DNA of 64,000 nucleotides from Rhodothermales bacterium (GTDB taxonomy: Bacteria; Bacteroidota; Rhodothermia; Rhodothermales; Bin80): the NCBI GenBank assembly GCA_965207385.1, contig CBDBLZ010000021.1, positions 641,205 through 705,204 of the forward strand, read 5' to 3'. The translations under genes and the position numbers were made by a program. This document shows, one piece after another, positions 32,894-43,119 of this stretch. The notes under the pieces were generated by a model. The model saw only the letters and a program-made list of their open reading frames with translations, ran no database searches and was not told the origin of the DNA. How positions within the stretch are numbered: position 1 is the first letter of the stretch; each line of letters starts with the position of its first letter.

Positions 32894-35464
32894 TTACTGC
32901 AGGACGATTTCGGAGGCGGGCGCGCGGTGATTGTACGAACTGCTCATAACCCGGCCATAGGCGCCGGCCGTGGCGATAAGCAGGACATCTCCTTCACGCG
33001 TCTCTGGCAGTCTACGGCCGCGTCCCAGTATGTCGCCCGTCTCACAAATGGGTCCCACCACGTCCGCCGTCATGGCCGCAGGCGCGGCCAGTCGCGTAAG
33101 GTTTACTATGGCATGGTACGAACCGTACAGGGCTGGCCGGATCAGGGAATTCATGCCGGTATCGACGCCGATATAGTAATGAGCGCCTTTTCGCTTTACC
33201 TGCGTAACGCGGACCAGCAGGACGCCGGCCTCCGCCACCAGATATCTGCCCGGCTCCATCCATAGAGCAAGTCCTTCGTGGGCATTCTTGAATCGCTCCA
33301 GATTTTCCCCAAGTGCTTGAAGGTCGAGGGGCAGGGTCCCCGGATATTCCGGCACTCCCAGGCCTCCGCCAATGTTCACGAGTCGCACCTCGGGAAAGAG
33401 GTCCACCAGGGAAGACAGAAAAAAAGCCGTTTCCGACCATGTTTCCGGCACGAGGATACCGCTTCCCACATGTGCATGCAGGCCTATGATGCGTAGGTCG
33501 ACGCTTCGGGCCAACTGGCGCAGCCTCGGCAACGTAGCGGGTGATACCCCGAATTTCGTCTGGGCTCCTGCCGTTCGCACGTGCTGGTGGTGGCCTTGCC
33601 CCCGACCCGGATCCACGCGAACAATGACCTCCCTGGACTCGAAAAGCTCGGGCCAGAGTTCAAGCGGCCTTACACTGTCCAGCGTAACGAAGCCTGCGTG
33701 CGCAAAACCCTCAGCGTATTCTTCCCGTGGCACGAGATTGGGCGTAAAGAGAATCCGGCTCGTCTCAAGATCGGGATAGATATCGCGGATGTGTTCGAGC
33801 TCGCCCGGCGAAACGCATTCGAAGCCGAGTCCGGCCCGGTGAAAGACGTCGAGGACTTCTCTTTGACCGCAGGCCTTGACTGCGTAAAAGCAGCGGTCAA
33901 TGGCCTTGATGCTGAGCAGCCGCTGGGCGCTGTCCTGCAGCGTGGGCGCATCATACACGAACGCCGGCGTAGGCAGGCGCAGCAATTCTGCGCGGCGGAT
34001 GTGCCACCATGGAGAGGTGACAGCGGGCATGTCCGCTTCCTGCAACTCCCGGTAGGTTGGGCCAAACGGACCCTGGGCGCCGACGGTGGCAAACACATGC
34101 GAGTGCAGCTTGCTGACCAGTCGCTCGGCATGCTTTTCGGTGACCACGAAGGTAAGGTTCAAATCGCTTGCCGCCTGCGTCACCAGCAAGACCTGCTGCT
34201 CCTCCAGTACCTGAAGCGCAGGGCCGAGCTCGTGCAGAACGCTTCGAAGCTGCCGGCCAACGAGACTGACGGACGCGCATGGACCGATTATCCTGGGCTG
34301 ACAAAGGGATTCAAGCTTTTGCATTAGGGCCTTAAGCGTTCCGGATTCCGGTTCAGCTCCACGGACGGGATCAATGGAAACAGTCACGTTTGATTCGGAA
34401 GTCGCTACCAGTCCGACGGACAGGCCGAAGCGCTCAAAGGCAGCGAAGATCCGGGCCAGGAACCCCACCTGGTGCCACATTCGGGGAGTTTCCATGGATA
34501 CAAGCGTCAGGCCGGTCCGCATGGAAATGGCCTTGACATGGGCTCCGTGCCCGGGCACAGAGTCTGAAATGAGCGTGCCCGGGCTCTCGGGGTTGTCGGT
34601 ATGCCGCAGATGCAGCGGAATTCTCTGGGCCCTTACAGGGTCCAGGCATCGGGGGTGGAGCACTTCAGCCCCTGTGCTGGCCAGTTCCTGCGCTTCTTCG
34701 TAGTCCAGGTAACGAAGGAGCCGCGCCGCCGGAATTCGCCGCGGATCCGCTGTAAACATTCCTGGCACGTCTGTCCAGATCTCCAGCCGCCGGGCCTGAA
34801 GCTTCGCTGCGAAATAGGCCGCCGACGTGTCCGAGCCTCCCCAGCCCAGGAGCACGGTCTGCCCGCGGCCATTGCCCGCGATGAATCCCTGGGTGAGTGC
34901 GATTTGGCAGCCACTCAGCTCTAACTGCAAATCGGGGTCCGGCTCAGCGGCGCAGCTGGCCGCCAGAAATTCCCGGTGCGCCGCCGTTCGGGGCTCATCC
35001 GTGGAGCTGAGCAGCGTGCGTGCATCCAGCCATGTTGTCGAGAGTCCCTGGCCGTTGAGATAGGCGGCAGCCAGGCGCGTGATCAGAAGCTCGCCGACTG
35101 CGAGTACGCGGGCGCGCGTCGCGGGACTGGATTCCGCAGTCAGGCCTATGCCAAGCGAGAGCCGGTCCAGCTCGCTCAAGTATGGTGCAAGGAGCTCTTC
35201 CCCATCCAGACCCAGGTGCCGCGCGAGTTCGAAATGCCGGGACTTGATCCAGCGCTTTTCTTGCTGGCCGTCGCCAGCCTGCACAGCTCGTATAAGTTCT
35301 TCCAGTCTACGCGAGACGTTGGCGAGCGCCGCAAAAACAAGAAACGGGCGCTCCCCGCGTGCAACGCATGCACGTATTATACCGGCAATCGTTTGCCACT
35401 GTGCGTGCGTGGCAACGCTTGTGCCTCCGAACTTGAGCACGACCCAGGAATCCACATTGGTCAT
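32894..35464 (-). CDS. Fused aspartate kinase / diaminopimelate decarboxylase
   Basis: N-terminal VVLKFGGTSVATHAQW...GGSDTSAAYFAAKL...EIWTDVPGMFTADPR (aspartokinase); C-terminal TPAFVYDAPTL...CFYAVKAC...ECVSPGELEHI...GLHAHVGSG...NIGGGLGVPEY...WMEPGRYLVAEAG...CETGDILG (LysA). ORF open to 35614; M51 at 35464 is a likely start. Confidence 0.93.
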   Translation of the reverse strand: MTNVDSWVVLKFGGTSVATHAQWQTIAGIIRACVARGERPFLVFAALANVSRRLEELIRAVQAGDGQQEKRWIKSRHFELARHLGLDGEELLAPYLSELDRLSLGIGLTAESSPATRARVLAVGELLITRLAAAYLNGQGLSTTWLDARTLLSSTDEPRTAAHREFLAASCAAEPDPDLQLELSGCQIALTQGFIAGNGRGQTVLLGWGGSDTSAAYFAAKLQARRLEIWTDVPGMFTADPRRIPAARLLRYLDYEEAQELASTGAEVLHPRCLDPVRAQRIPLHLRHTDNPESPGTLISDSVPGHGAHVKAISMRTGLTLVSMETPRMWHQVGFLARIFAAFERFGLSVGLVATSESNVTVSIDPVRGAEPESGTLKALMQKLESLCQPRIIGPCASVSLVGRQLRSVLHELGPALQVLEEQQVLLVTQAASDLNLTFVVTEKHAERLVSKLHSHVFATVGAQGPFGPTYRELQEADMPAVTSPWWHIRRAELLRLPTPAFVYDAPTLQDSAQRLLSIKAIDRCFYAVKACGQREVLDVFHRAGLGFECVSPGELEHIRDIYPDLETSRILFTPNLVPREEYAEGFAHAGFVTLDSVRPLELWPELFESREVIVRVDPGRGQGHHQHVRTAGAQTKFGVSPATLPRLRQLARSVDLRIIGLHAHVGSGILVPETWSETAFFLSSLVDLFPEVRLVNIGGGLGVPEYPGTLPLDLQALGENLERFKNAHEGLALWMEPGRYLVAEAGVLLVRVTQVKRKGAHYYIGVDTGMNSLIRPALYGSYHAIVNLTRLAAPAAMTADVVGPICETGDILGRGRRLPETREGDVLLIATAGAYGRVMSSSYNHRAPASEIVLQ

Positions 35465-36130
35465 GCGCTGTCCAGACGATGACGCCGAATCGGTCGCCGA
35501 CATGCTGCTTGAAGATGCTTTTTCCACGCTGGCCGAAAAAGCTTTCCCAACCCAGCTAGCGCCGACTTTGTTCAATCTTGATCGGGACACGGATCCCTGT
35601 TGCGCCCGCACCAATGCTGCGGACTCGCGCCGGCACTTTCGGCGGATTTATCCTGACGCTACGTGTCTCGCCCGGAGTAATTCCTGCTGCCAGAGGCGCC
35701 GAGCCCATAGGGCTGCCGATTCTCGGGCGCGGCGGTTATGGCAAAGGCCCGGCTGTAAGCCTTTGTTTTAGATGGGAGGGCGGCGAGCTTCGTGCACAGT
35801 TCCGTGCACGCGCCAATTGGCGCGCGCCGAGATCTTGGCTTCCGTGCACTCTTTATGAGATGCGTTTGCTGCCGTTGTGGCAACGCGTCATGCGGACCGC
35901 AGATTCGTAAAATCCCGGATCCATCCCTTACTGCCAATACCGTTGAATTGACCGTGCCCCCGGCATGGGGCAAGTGAACGCCCGGTGGGTCCGAGTCGCT
36001 GCGCGGCAGCGCTCGACAGGGGCGCCGAGATTCGGGTCGTAGCGCCGTAGCGCGTTCGGACAGTCGATTGATCCACACCTAGCGGGTGCCTGGCTTGAGA
36101 ACAAAGCGCCGTGATTCGCCGCACCTGTGC

Positions 36131-37867
36131 CTAAACGCTCACACTGCTCGTACGGGTTTGACCGCGGACTGCGAGCCGAAACGCCGTCAGACTCTCGGCA
36201 ATCCCATCCCCGGCGTGACGGAATTCCTCGGGGATGGCGCGCTGGTGCGCCTTTGCACGTTGCAGCGCTTCCTGAACGAACTCGTCTGAAATCGCTGGTG
36301 TACCGTCAGACCCCGAACTGACTTCATTGAGCGATGCCAACTCCGATTTCAGGTACGCCTTGAATTCCCGCAAGACCGTCTGCTGACGCGTGAGCTTCTC
36401 GCAGTGATAGCCCATGGCGGCGAGGCGGATTGCCAGTGGCAACAATCGCGGATGCTCCTTGGAGACCTTGGCGATGTAGCGTGAAAACACTGGCAACTGG
36501 TTCGGTGTTAGGCGCCTCCGGATCCCCATGATGCTCAAATAGAGCAGGTGTTCGCTAACCGGTTTGTACAGGTGCGGCACCGGATTGAGATTTTCCAGGA
36601 GGGTCAGGCAGCGGTCGAAATAATTCTCCAGCGTTGAATCGTAGATGGTTCCGACGACCCGCAGGTATCCTTTCACCAGCGTCGCCGGATCCATCTGCGG
36701 CTTGAAGTTCAGGGCAGTAGCATCGATTTCGACGGGTTTGTCCAACAACCGGTTCTCACGTTCCAGCCTTGCCCACAGGTTCGTTCCCTTGAGCGCGGTC
36801 AGCAGCCCGACCAGCGCGATAGGAATGCCTGTCTCCTGTATGAATTCGATCTGGGAGTCGAAAGCATTGTCGTCGTCGTCATCGAGACCGAGGATGAAGC
36901 CGCCCATGACCATCATTCCCTTCTGCTGAATCTTGCGCACAGACGCGGACAGGTAGTTGTCGTTGCGCATGTCGAGGTTCTGGGGCTTCTTCATCTTCTT
37001 GAGGGCCTTCGGGTTGGGCGTCTCAATGCCCACGAAAACCGAGTCGAAGCCGGCATTGATCATGTTGTCCATCAGGTCGTTCATCCGGACGAGATTGATG
37101 CTCGCTTCGGTGAACAGCGAATACGGATGGCGACGCTCCCTCTGCCATTCGGCGATCACAGGCAGAAGCCTCGAAACCTCGCGCTTGTTTCCGATGAAAT
37201 TGTCATCGACCAGGAAAAGCGGTCCCCGCCAGCCCAGTTCGTACAGGTGGTCGAACTCGGCTACCATCTGCTCCGGCGTTTTTGTTCGGGACACGCGGCC
37301 GTACAGCTTCGTGATGTCGCAGAACTCGCAGTCGAACGGACATCCCCGCGAGAACTGCAGACACATCGAGTGATACTCGTTCATGTCGATGAGTTCAAAT
37401 CGGGGAACCGGAGACAGGGTCACATCGGGCCTTCTCGGTGCACGATAGACGGCGCGCGCGCTCCCGTTTTCCAGGTCGCGAAGAAAGGGGACGAAGGTCT
37501 CCTCGACCTCGTCGAGCACGAAATGATCGACCCCCTCTATCTCTTCATGAAATGTGGTCGGATGGGGTCCGCCGGCAATCACCGGTACCCGTGCGCGGTT
37601 GCAACGCTCTACGACCTGCTCGAGCGAGGGGCGCTGCGGAATCATGGTCGATGTGAACGCCAGATCCGCCCACTCCAGGTCGTCGTCCTCGAGTGGGGTC
37701 ACGTTGAGATCGACCACGCGCAGGGCGTACCGGGCCGGGAACATGGCGGCGAGGGTGAGCAGGCCGAGCGGAGGAAACGCAGCCTTGATGCCCAGCAGGT
37801 CCAGGGCGTAATTGTTGCCCCAGTAAGTAGGAGGGTGCTTCGGGTATATGAGGAGGGCATTCGGCAT
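36131..37867 (-). CDS. B12-binding-domain radical SAM protein (DUF4070-like)
   Basis: PPLGLLTLAAMFP...VIAGGPHPTT...; radical SAM cluster CPFDCEFCDI; GGFILGLDDDDDNAFDSQIEFIQETGIPIALVGLLTALKGTNLW. Confidence 0.92.
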   Translation of the reverse strand: MPNALLIYPKHPPTYWGNNYALDLLGIKAAFPPLGLLTLAAMFPARYALRVVDLNVTPLEDDDLEWADLAFTSTMIPQRPSLEQVVERCNRARVPVIAGGPHPTTFHEEIEGVDHFVLDEVEETFVPFLRDLENGSARAVYRAPRRPDVTLSPVPRFELIDMNEYHSMCLQFSRGCPFDCEFCDITKLYGRVSRTKTPEQMVAEFDHLYELGWRGPLFLVDDNFIGNKREVSRLLPVIAEWQRERRHPYSLFTEASINLVRMNDLMDNMINAGFDSVFVGIETPNPKALKKMKKPQNLDMRNDNYLSASVRKIQQKGMMVMGGFILGLDDDDDNAFDSQIEFIQETGIPIALVGLLTALKGTNLWARLERENRLLDKPVEIDATALNFKPQMDPATLVKGYLRVVGTIYDSTLENYFDRCLTLLENLNPVPHLYKPVSEHLLYLSIMGIRRRLTPNQLPVFSRYIAKVSKEHPRLLPLAIRLAAMGYHCEKLTRQQTVLREFKAYLKSELASLNEVSSGSDGTPAISDEFVQEALQRAKAHQRAIPEEFRHAGDGIAESLTAFRLAVRGQTRTSSVSV

Positions 37868-38819
37868 GATTCAGCCGGCGCGCGTGCTGCAGGTATGGCC
37901 GGGGACGCCGGCGCCGGGAATATCGCGTTCGCGCAGTCTCTTCATGTCTACTTTGCCGCGCCAGTCCGTTTCGAAATGAAGGGCGGGCCCGAAACGGAAG
38001 CAGAACACATGCCGTACCCAAGCAAGGTCACGTCGTTACATGCCGAGTTGCGGGTGGAAGACCAGATGTTCTTTCCGGCAGAGCGATCGGACGGCAGAAT
38101 CATGGATACGGCTAAAAAAGGGGATCTGTCTGCGTAAGTTCCCGGGTCCCGGTAGCTGTGGTGACCTCGCGGACCCGCTTGTGCCCCACTCGCGGGAGTG
38201 CAAAGACCATCGACTTCGTCTGCCATTGCTCTTCGATTCCGCCTACACGGTGCGCGGTGGATCGCGAAAACATTCTCGACGGCCGGCACGGCGTGCTGCA
38301 CATCGGGATCGGCCCCGGTCCCGGACTGCAAGCTATTCTCCAGAGCGGTCTGCCACGCTTTGGCAAGCGCGCCGTAAGGATACGAACCGGTGCCATAATT
38401 CAAGAGCCTCTTACCGTTCGTCCCACGATTGCCTTCCGTTCCGTGGATGAACCCTAAGAATGGCGGAAGGGAACGCGCCCTGCACGCCATCCCACGCTCG
38501 TTGTGAGATTATATGCGATTACGCGGGATTGCGCAAGAACTCGCGGGAGGACAAAGACGCGTGGCCACTGCCATGCAATACCGTGATACCGAAGATTTGC
38601 AGCCACGCGCGGTCTGGGCTGTTTCTGGCGGCAGGCCCGAGGTCCCAGCAAGAGCTTCAGACTGCAGGCGGGCAGGACCTCTACATTCGCCGTCCTCCGC
38701 AATAGGGAACCGTGGAGTTCGCGGCAGGGATTCGGACCGCGCCGGATGGCTGATTTGCACCTGGCGGAAGTCCTTTGTTCCTTGCAGGAGCATTTCCGCA
38801 AGAAGCCGGAACTGGATGC

Positions 38820-39764
38820 ATGATGAAGCACCGGCGGCGCCTGGCGCTCATACCGGAACTTGAATCCGAGGGGTGGCACCGTGCGGCTGACCTGGCCAGC
38901 CGTTTCGGCGTCAGCATTCGGACCATCTACAGGGACCTGGCCGCGCTGCAGCGCGAAGGACTTCCGGTCATGGCCGTGCCTGGTAGGGGTTATCGTCTGC
39001 AGGCAGACTTCTTCTTGCCTCCCGTAACCTTGACAGCGGATGAAGCGGTGGTGCTCTTACAGGCCATCCACCTGGCAGACAGGCGGAGGGCGATTACCCA
39101 CCAGGCCGCCGCAGAATCGGTTCGCGTCAAGCTCCATTCAGGGCTGCCGGATCGGCTGCAAGAATCGGTACGGAGACTTGAAAACGCCTGGCAGCTGGTT
39201 CCGATCAACCTGTTTGACGATCCCGCGGAACTGATCGGCGTCGAGATCCTGAACCAGGCTCTCGTGGAGCGGCAAGCCATCCGTGGCAAATTGCGTAGCG
39301 GTCGCGCCGTAGACCTCGAACCGTACGCGCTGAGTCACGTCGGTGGCGCCTGGCAGCTTGTAGGCCTGGAGCGCGAAGGGGGTGTGGTGCGTCACTATCG
39401 ACTGGCGGACATTGTGGAATTCCAGCTTCTGGGAGACAGCTTCGAGAGACCGCCGGCTTATCGCCAGGTTACTGTGCCAGAGCCTGCCAGGGAGAAAACA
39501 ACCGTGCGCGTGCAATTCGGGCATCCGGCCGCATACTGTGTCAGACAAGTTCCCTCGCCGTACCTGGAATCCATGGAAGAACTGCCCGAGGGATTGATCC
39601 TGGTGCTGCAAGTAGATCGCGAGGCGGAACTCATGCCATGGCTGTTGAGCTGGGGGGCACATGCACGCGTATTGTCACCAGCCTCGCTCAAGCACAGGCT
39701 GGCTGCGGAGGCGGCCGCAATCGCCGATCGGTACAGGGATGAGCCGGTGCTGCTTCGAATGTAA
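38820..39764 (+). CDS. HTH/WYL-domain transcriptional regulator
   Basis: WHRAADLASRFGVSIRTIYRDLAALQREGLPVMAVPGRGYRLQADFFLPPVTLTADEAVVLLQA (HTH_11) plus WYL-like REGGVVRHYRLADI... Confidence 0.88.
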   Translation: MMKHRRRLALIPELESEGWHRAADLASRFGVSIRTIYRDLAALQREGLPVMAVPGRGYRLQADFFLPPVTLTADEAVVLLQAIHLADRRRAITHQAAAESVRVKLHSGLPDRLQESVRRLENAWQLVPINLFDDPAELIGVEILNQALVERQAIRGKLRSGRAVDLEPYALSHVGGAWQLVGLEREGGVVRHYRLADIVEFQLLGDSFERPPAYRQVTVPEPAREKTTVRVQFGHPAAYCVRQVPSPYLESMEELPEGLILVLQVDREAELMPWLLSWGAHARVLSPASLKHRLAAEAAAIADRYRDEPVLLRM

Positions 39765-39776
39765 GGGTAGCTTCTC

Positions 39777-41153
39777 GTGAAGGATCTTTTTGCCGAAGCT
39801 GAAAAGCGCCACCGGTTAAGGGCTGCACCTCTCGCCGACCGCATGCGGCCGCGCGAACTGGGCGAGTTCGAGGGTCAGGAGCGTATTCTGGGCCGCGGGA
39901 AGCTGCTGCGCCGAGCCATCGAGGCCGACAGGATCCGCTCTCTAATACTGTTCGGGCCTCCCGGTACGGGCAAGACCACGCTTGCGCGCGTAATAGCCCG
40001 CACCACGCGTGCGCACTTTGCTACGCTCAATGCGGTAATGTCCGGAGTAAAGGATATTCGTGTTGCGACCGAGCAGGCCGATGAACGGCTGCGCATGCAC
40101 GGCAGGCGCACCATTATGTTTGTAGACGAGGTGCACCGCTTCAACAAGGCCCAACAGGATGCCCTACTGCCAAGTGTCGAAAGCGGGACCATCGTCTTTA
40201 TCGGCGCTACGACGGAGAATCCGTACTTCGAGGTCATAAAGGCGCTGGTGAGCCGATCGCGCGTATTTGAATTCCGGCCCCTGGAAGAAGTCCACCTGAA
40301 GAAGCTGGCGATACGCGCCCTGTCAGATGCACGGGGGTATGCGGACCGGCAGGTCGCACTGGAAGACGAAGCGCTCGAGCACCTGGTCCACACATCGGGA
40401 GGCGACGCTCGCTCGCTGCTCAACGCCTTGGAACTTGCCGTTGAAACGACGCCCCCCGGTCCGGAAGGTACCGTGCACGTTACGCTGGACGTTGCGGAAG
40501 ACAGCATTCAGCAGCGTGCTGTTCTGTATGACCGGGACGGGGATGCCCACTACGATACCATCAGCGCGTTTATCAAGAGTATGAGAGGCAGCGATCCCGA
40601 TGCCGCGCTGTACTGGATGGCACGAATGCTGTATGCAGGGGAAGATCCGCGCTATATCCTGCGCCGGATGCTGGTTTTTGCCGCCGAAGACGTAGGTCTG
40701 GCGGATCCCCGGTGCCTGCAGGTGGCTGCGAGTGCGGCGCAGGCATTCGAATACGTGGGTATGCCCGAGGGCCAGTACCTGCTTGCTGAATGCTGCCTAT
40801 ACCTGGCCACCGCCCCCAAGAGCAATAGTACCAAGGCGTACTTTGGCGCCTTGCGGCACGTAAGGAGCGAGGATGGTGGTGCTGTACCAGATGCTCTCAA
40901 GGATGCTTCGAGGGATAGCTCGGAACTTGGCCATGGAAAGGGATACCGCTACCCCCACGACCATGCCTACCACTACGTGCCTGCTCAGTATCTTCCGTCC
41001 GGCATGCTAGGTACATACTTTTACGAACCGGGCGCAATGGGTTTTGAGAAGTCCATTCGGGACCGGCTGGACTGGTGGCGTAAGCAAGATTTGGAAGCGG
41101 GCCTTGACAAGCGAAGCCGGCACTACTCGGCTGAAAAGCAGCGTGACCAATAG
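39777..41153 (+). CDS. rarA: Replication-associated recombination protein A (AAA ATPase)
   Basis: LRPRELGEFEGQERILGRGKLLRRAIEADRIRSLILFGPPGTGKTTLARVIA...FVDEVHRFNKAQQDALLPSVESGTIVFIGATTENP. Confidence 0.95.
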   Translation: MKDLFAEAEKRHRLRAAPLADRMRPRELGEFEGQERILGRGKLLRRAIEADRIRSLILFGPPGTGKTTLARVIARTTRAHFATLNAVMSGVKDIRVATEQADERLRMHGRRTIMFVDEVHRFNKAQQDALLPSVESGTIVFIGATTENPYFEVIKALVSRSRVFEFRPLEEVHLKKLAIRALSDARGYADRQVALEDEALEHLVHTSGGDARSLLNALELAVETTPPGPEGTVHVTLDVAEDSIQQRAVLYDRDGDAHYDTISAFIKSMRGSDPDAALYWMARMLYAGEDPRYILRRMLVFAAEDVGLADPRCLQVAASAAQAFEYVGMPEGQYLLAECCLYLATAPKSNSTKAYFGALRHVRSEDGGAVPDALKDASRDSSELGHGKGYRYPHDHAYHYVPAQYLPSGMLGTYFYEPGAMGFEKSIRDRLDWWRKQDLEAGLDKRSRHYSAEKQRDQ

Positions 41154-41156
41154 CAC

Positions 41157-41783
41157 ATGCAGCGCTGGTTGAAATTTGCTGATCGCGTGGACCGCCTCAA
41201 CGGGCGCATCGGTCGGTTTGTCTCGTGGCTGGCGTTGCTGATGGTGCTGGTTGGGGCCTACAATGCCGTGGTTCGTTACCTGGCCGGGTTCTCAAGCATC
41301 GACGGCGATTCGGCCACGGGATTCGGCCGCATTCTCAAAGCTGTTGGCGAGCTGGCCCTTCCGCTGAATTCCAACATGTTTATTGAACTCCAATGGTATC
41401 TGTTCAGCATCATTTTTCTGCTGGGTGCCGCATACGGTCTCCGGTGCGGGGCGCACGTGCGTGTCGATGTCCTATACCAGCGCTTGTCGCCCCGCAACCG
41501 TGCGCGGATCGACGTAGTGGGGGCTGCCTTCTTCCTGCTTCCTTTCTGCGTCCTTATGGCTTTTGCCTCCTGGCCGTTTGTGGTGGAGTCCTGGGCTGTG
41601 CTTGAAGTCTCTCCTGATCCAGGCGGGCTGCCCCGCTATCCGCTGCTGACCGTCATTCCGGTGGCGTTCCTTCTGTTGGCGTTGCAGGGACTGGCACAGC
41701 TGGTCCGGAGCGTCTCCGCGCTGCGCTCGACGGTTTCCGGTAGCACCTCCACTCAGCCGTTCGAGCAACGTCATGGGATATGA
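41157..41783 (+). CDS. TRAP transporter small permease (DctQ family)
   Basis: LLMVLVGAYNAVVRYLAGFSSIDGDSA...LNSNMFIELQWYLFSIIFLLGAAYGLRCGAHVRVDVLYQRLSPRNRARIDVVGA. Confidence 0.92.
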   Translation: MQRWLKFADRVDRLNGRIGRFVSWLALLMVLVGAYNAVVRYLAGFSSIDGDSATGFGRILKAVGELALPLNSNMFIELQWYLFSIIFLLGAAYGLRCGAHVRVDVLYQRLSPRNRARIDVVGAAFFLLPFCVLMAFASWPFVVESWAVLEVSPDPGGLPRYPLLTVIPVAFLLLALQGLAQLVRSVSALRSTVSGSTSTQPFEQRHGI

Positions 41784-43119
41784 GTGGCTTGCGCCGCTGA
41801 TGTTTGCGGCGGCACTCTTGTTCATTTTTTCCGGTTACCCGGTAGCGTTTGCCCTGGGCGGAGTATCGCTGGTGTTTGCCGTGATCGGCGTTCTGGTCGG
41901 CTACTTCGACTGGCACCTGATGCTCGCTCTTCCGGACCGTTTGTTCGGCATCATGTCGAATTATGTTCTTCTGGCGGTGCCGTTCTTCATTTTCATGGGC
42001 ACGATGCTGGAAAAGAGCCGGTTGGCCGAGGACCTGCTGAAGACGATCGGGCTGTTGTTCGGTCCCGTTCGCGGAGGATTGGCTCTCGCCGTGGTATTCG
42101 TGGGTGCGCTTCTGGCCGCGGCAACGGGCGTAGTGGGTGCCTCGGTCGTTGCCATGGGCATGATCTCACTGCCCATAATGATCCGGTATGGCTACTCCAA
42201 AGAACTTGCCACGGGCGTAATCACCGCCAGCGGAACCCTGGGGCAGATCATTCCGCCGAGCGTCGTCCTGGTGGTACTGGCCGACCAGCTCGGCATCTCG
42301 GTGGGGGACCTCTTTATCGGAGCCCTGGTGCCGGGTGTTATCCTTGCAGGACTCTATGCCGTTTTTGCCGGTGCTGTGGCCCTCGTGCGGCCTGGCGCAG
42401 CGCCGGCCCTTCCCAGGGATGATCGGCAAGTCCCTGCGGCTGAGCTCGTCCGCCGCATCTTGCTGGTCATGTTCCCGCCACTGCTACTGATCGTGATAGT
42501 GCTTGGCAGCATCTTTGCGGGAATTGCCACGCCAACGGAGTCCGGGGCACTTGGTGCGGTTGGAGCCATTCTGCTAGCCGCACTCAACAGGCGATTGAGC
42601 CGCAAGGCCCTTCGGGAAACCATGGAGGAAACGGCCAAGCTGACCACCATGGTGTTATTGCTGCTGGTGGGTTCAACGGCCTTTGCTCTGGTATTTCGGG
42701 GGCTCGACGGAGGATTCTGGATCGAGGACCTGTTGACGAGTTTGCCGGGCGGCGTCATAGGATTCCTGATAATCGCGAATCTGGCCATCTTCGTGCTCGG
42801 ATTCTTCATTGACTTTTTTGAGATTGCTTTCATAGTGATTCCGCTGCTTGTAACGCCGGCGGCGACGCTTCTTGCTCCAATGCTCGGTGTACCGGCGGCG
42901 GTCGCACTTGTCTGGTTTGGCGTAATGGTAGGCATGAACCTCCAGACCTCCTTTCTGACGCCGCCCTTCGGATTTGCGCTTTTCTATCTCAGGGGCATCG
43001 CTCCGCCCGGAATAAGGACTACGGAAATCTACCGGGGCGCCGTGCCGTTTATTGGCATTCAGCTCCTGGGCCTGATACTGATCATAGTGTTCCCGGAGCT
43101 GGTGCTCTGGGCTCTATGA
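41773..43119 (+). CDS. TRAP transporter large permease (DctM family)
   Basis: FALGGVSLVFAVIGV...NYVLLAVPFFIFMGTMLEKSRLAEDLL...ASGTLGQIIPPSVVLVVLADQLGISVGDLFIGALVPG; typical DctM motifs. Confidence 0.95.
   Translation: MGYEWLAPLMFAAALLFIFSGYPVAFALGGVSLVFAVIGVLVGYFDWHLMLALPDRLFGIMSNYVLLAVPFFIFMGTMLEKSRLAEDLLKTIGLLFGPVRGGLALAVVFVGALLAAATGVVGASVVAMGMISLPIMIRYGYSKELATGVITASGTLGQIIPPSVVLVVLADQLGISVGDLFIGALVPGVILAGLYAVFAGAVALVRPGAAPALPRDDRQVPAAELVRRILLVMFPPLLLIVIVLGSIFAGIATPTESGALGAVGAILLAALNRRLSRKALRETMEETAKLTTMVLLLLVGSTAFALVFRGLDGGFWIEDLLTSLPGGVIGFLIIANLAIFVLGFFIDFFEIAFIVIPLLVTPAATLLAPMLGVPAAVALVWFGVMVGMNLQTSFLTPPFGFALFYLRGIAPPGIRTTEIYRGAVPFIGIQLLGLILIIVFPELVLWAL

Noticed and set aside
37127-38137. 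336-aa plus-strand ORF antisense to the radical SAM gene
   Set aside because: Opposite a clear B12-binding radical SAM CDS; no domain signature.
38158-38457. 99-aa plus-strand ORF between the radical SAM and WYL genes
   Set aside because: C-terminal half looks weakly protein-like but there is no family match I can support.
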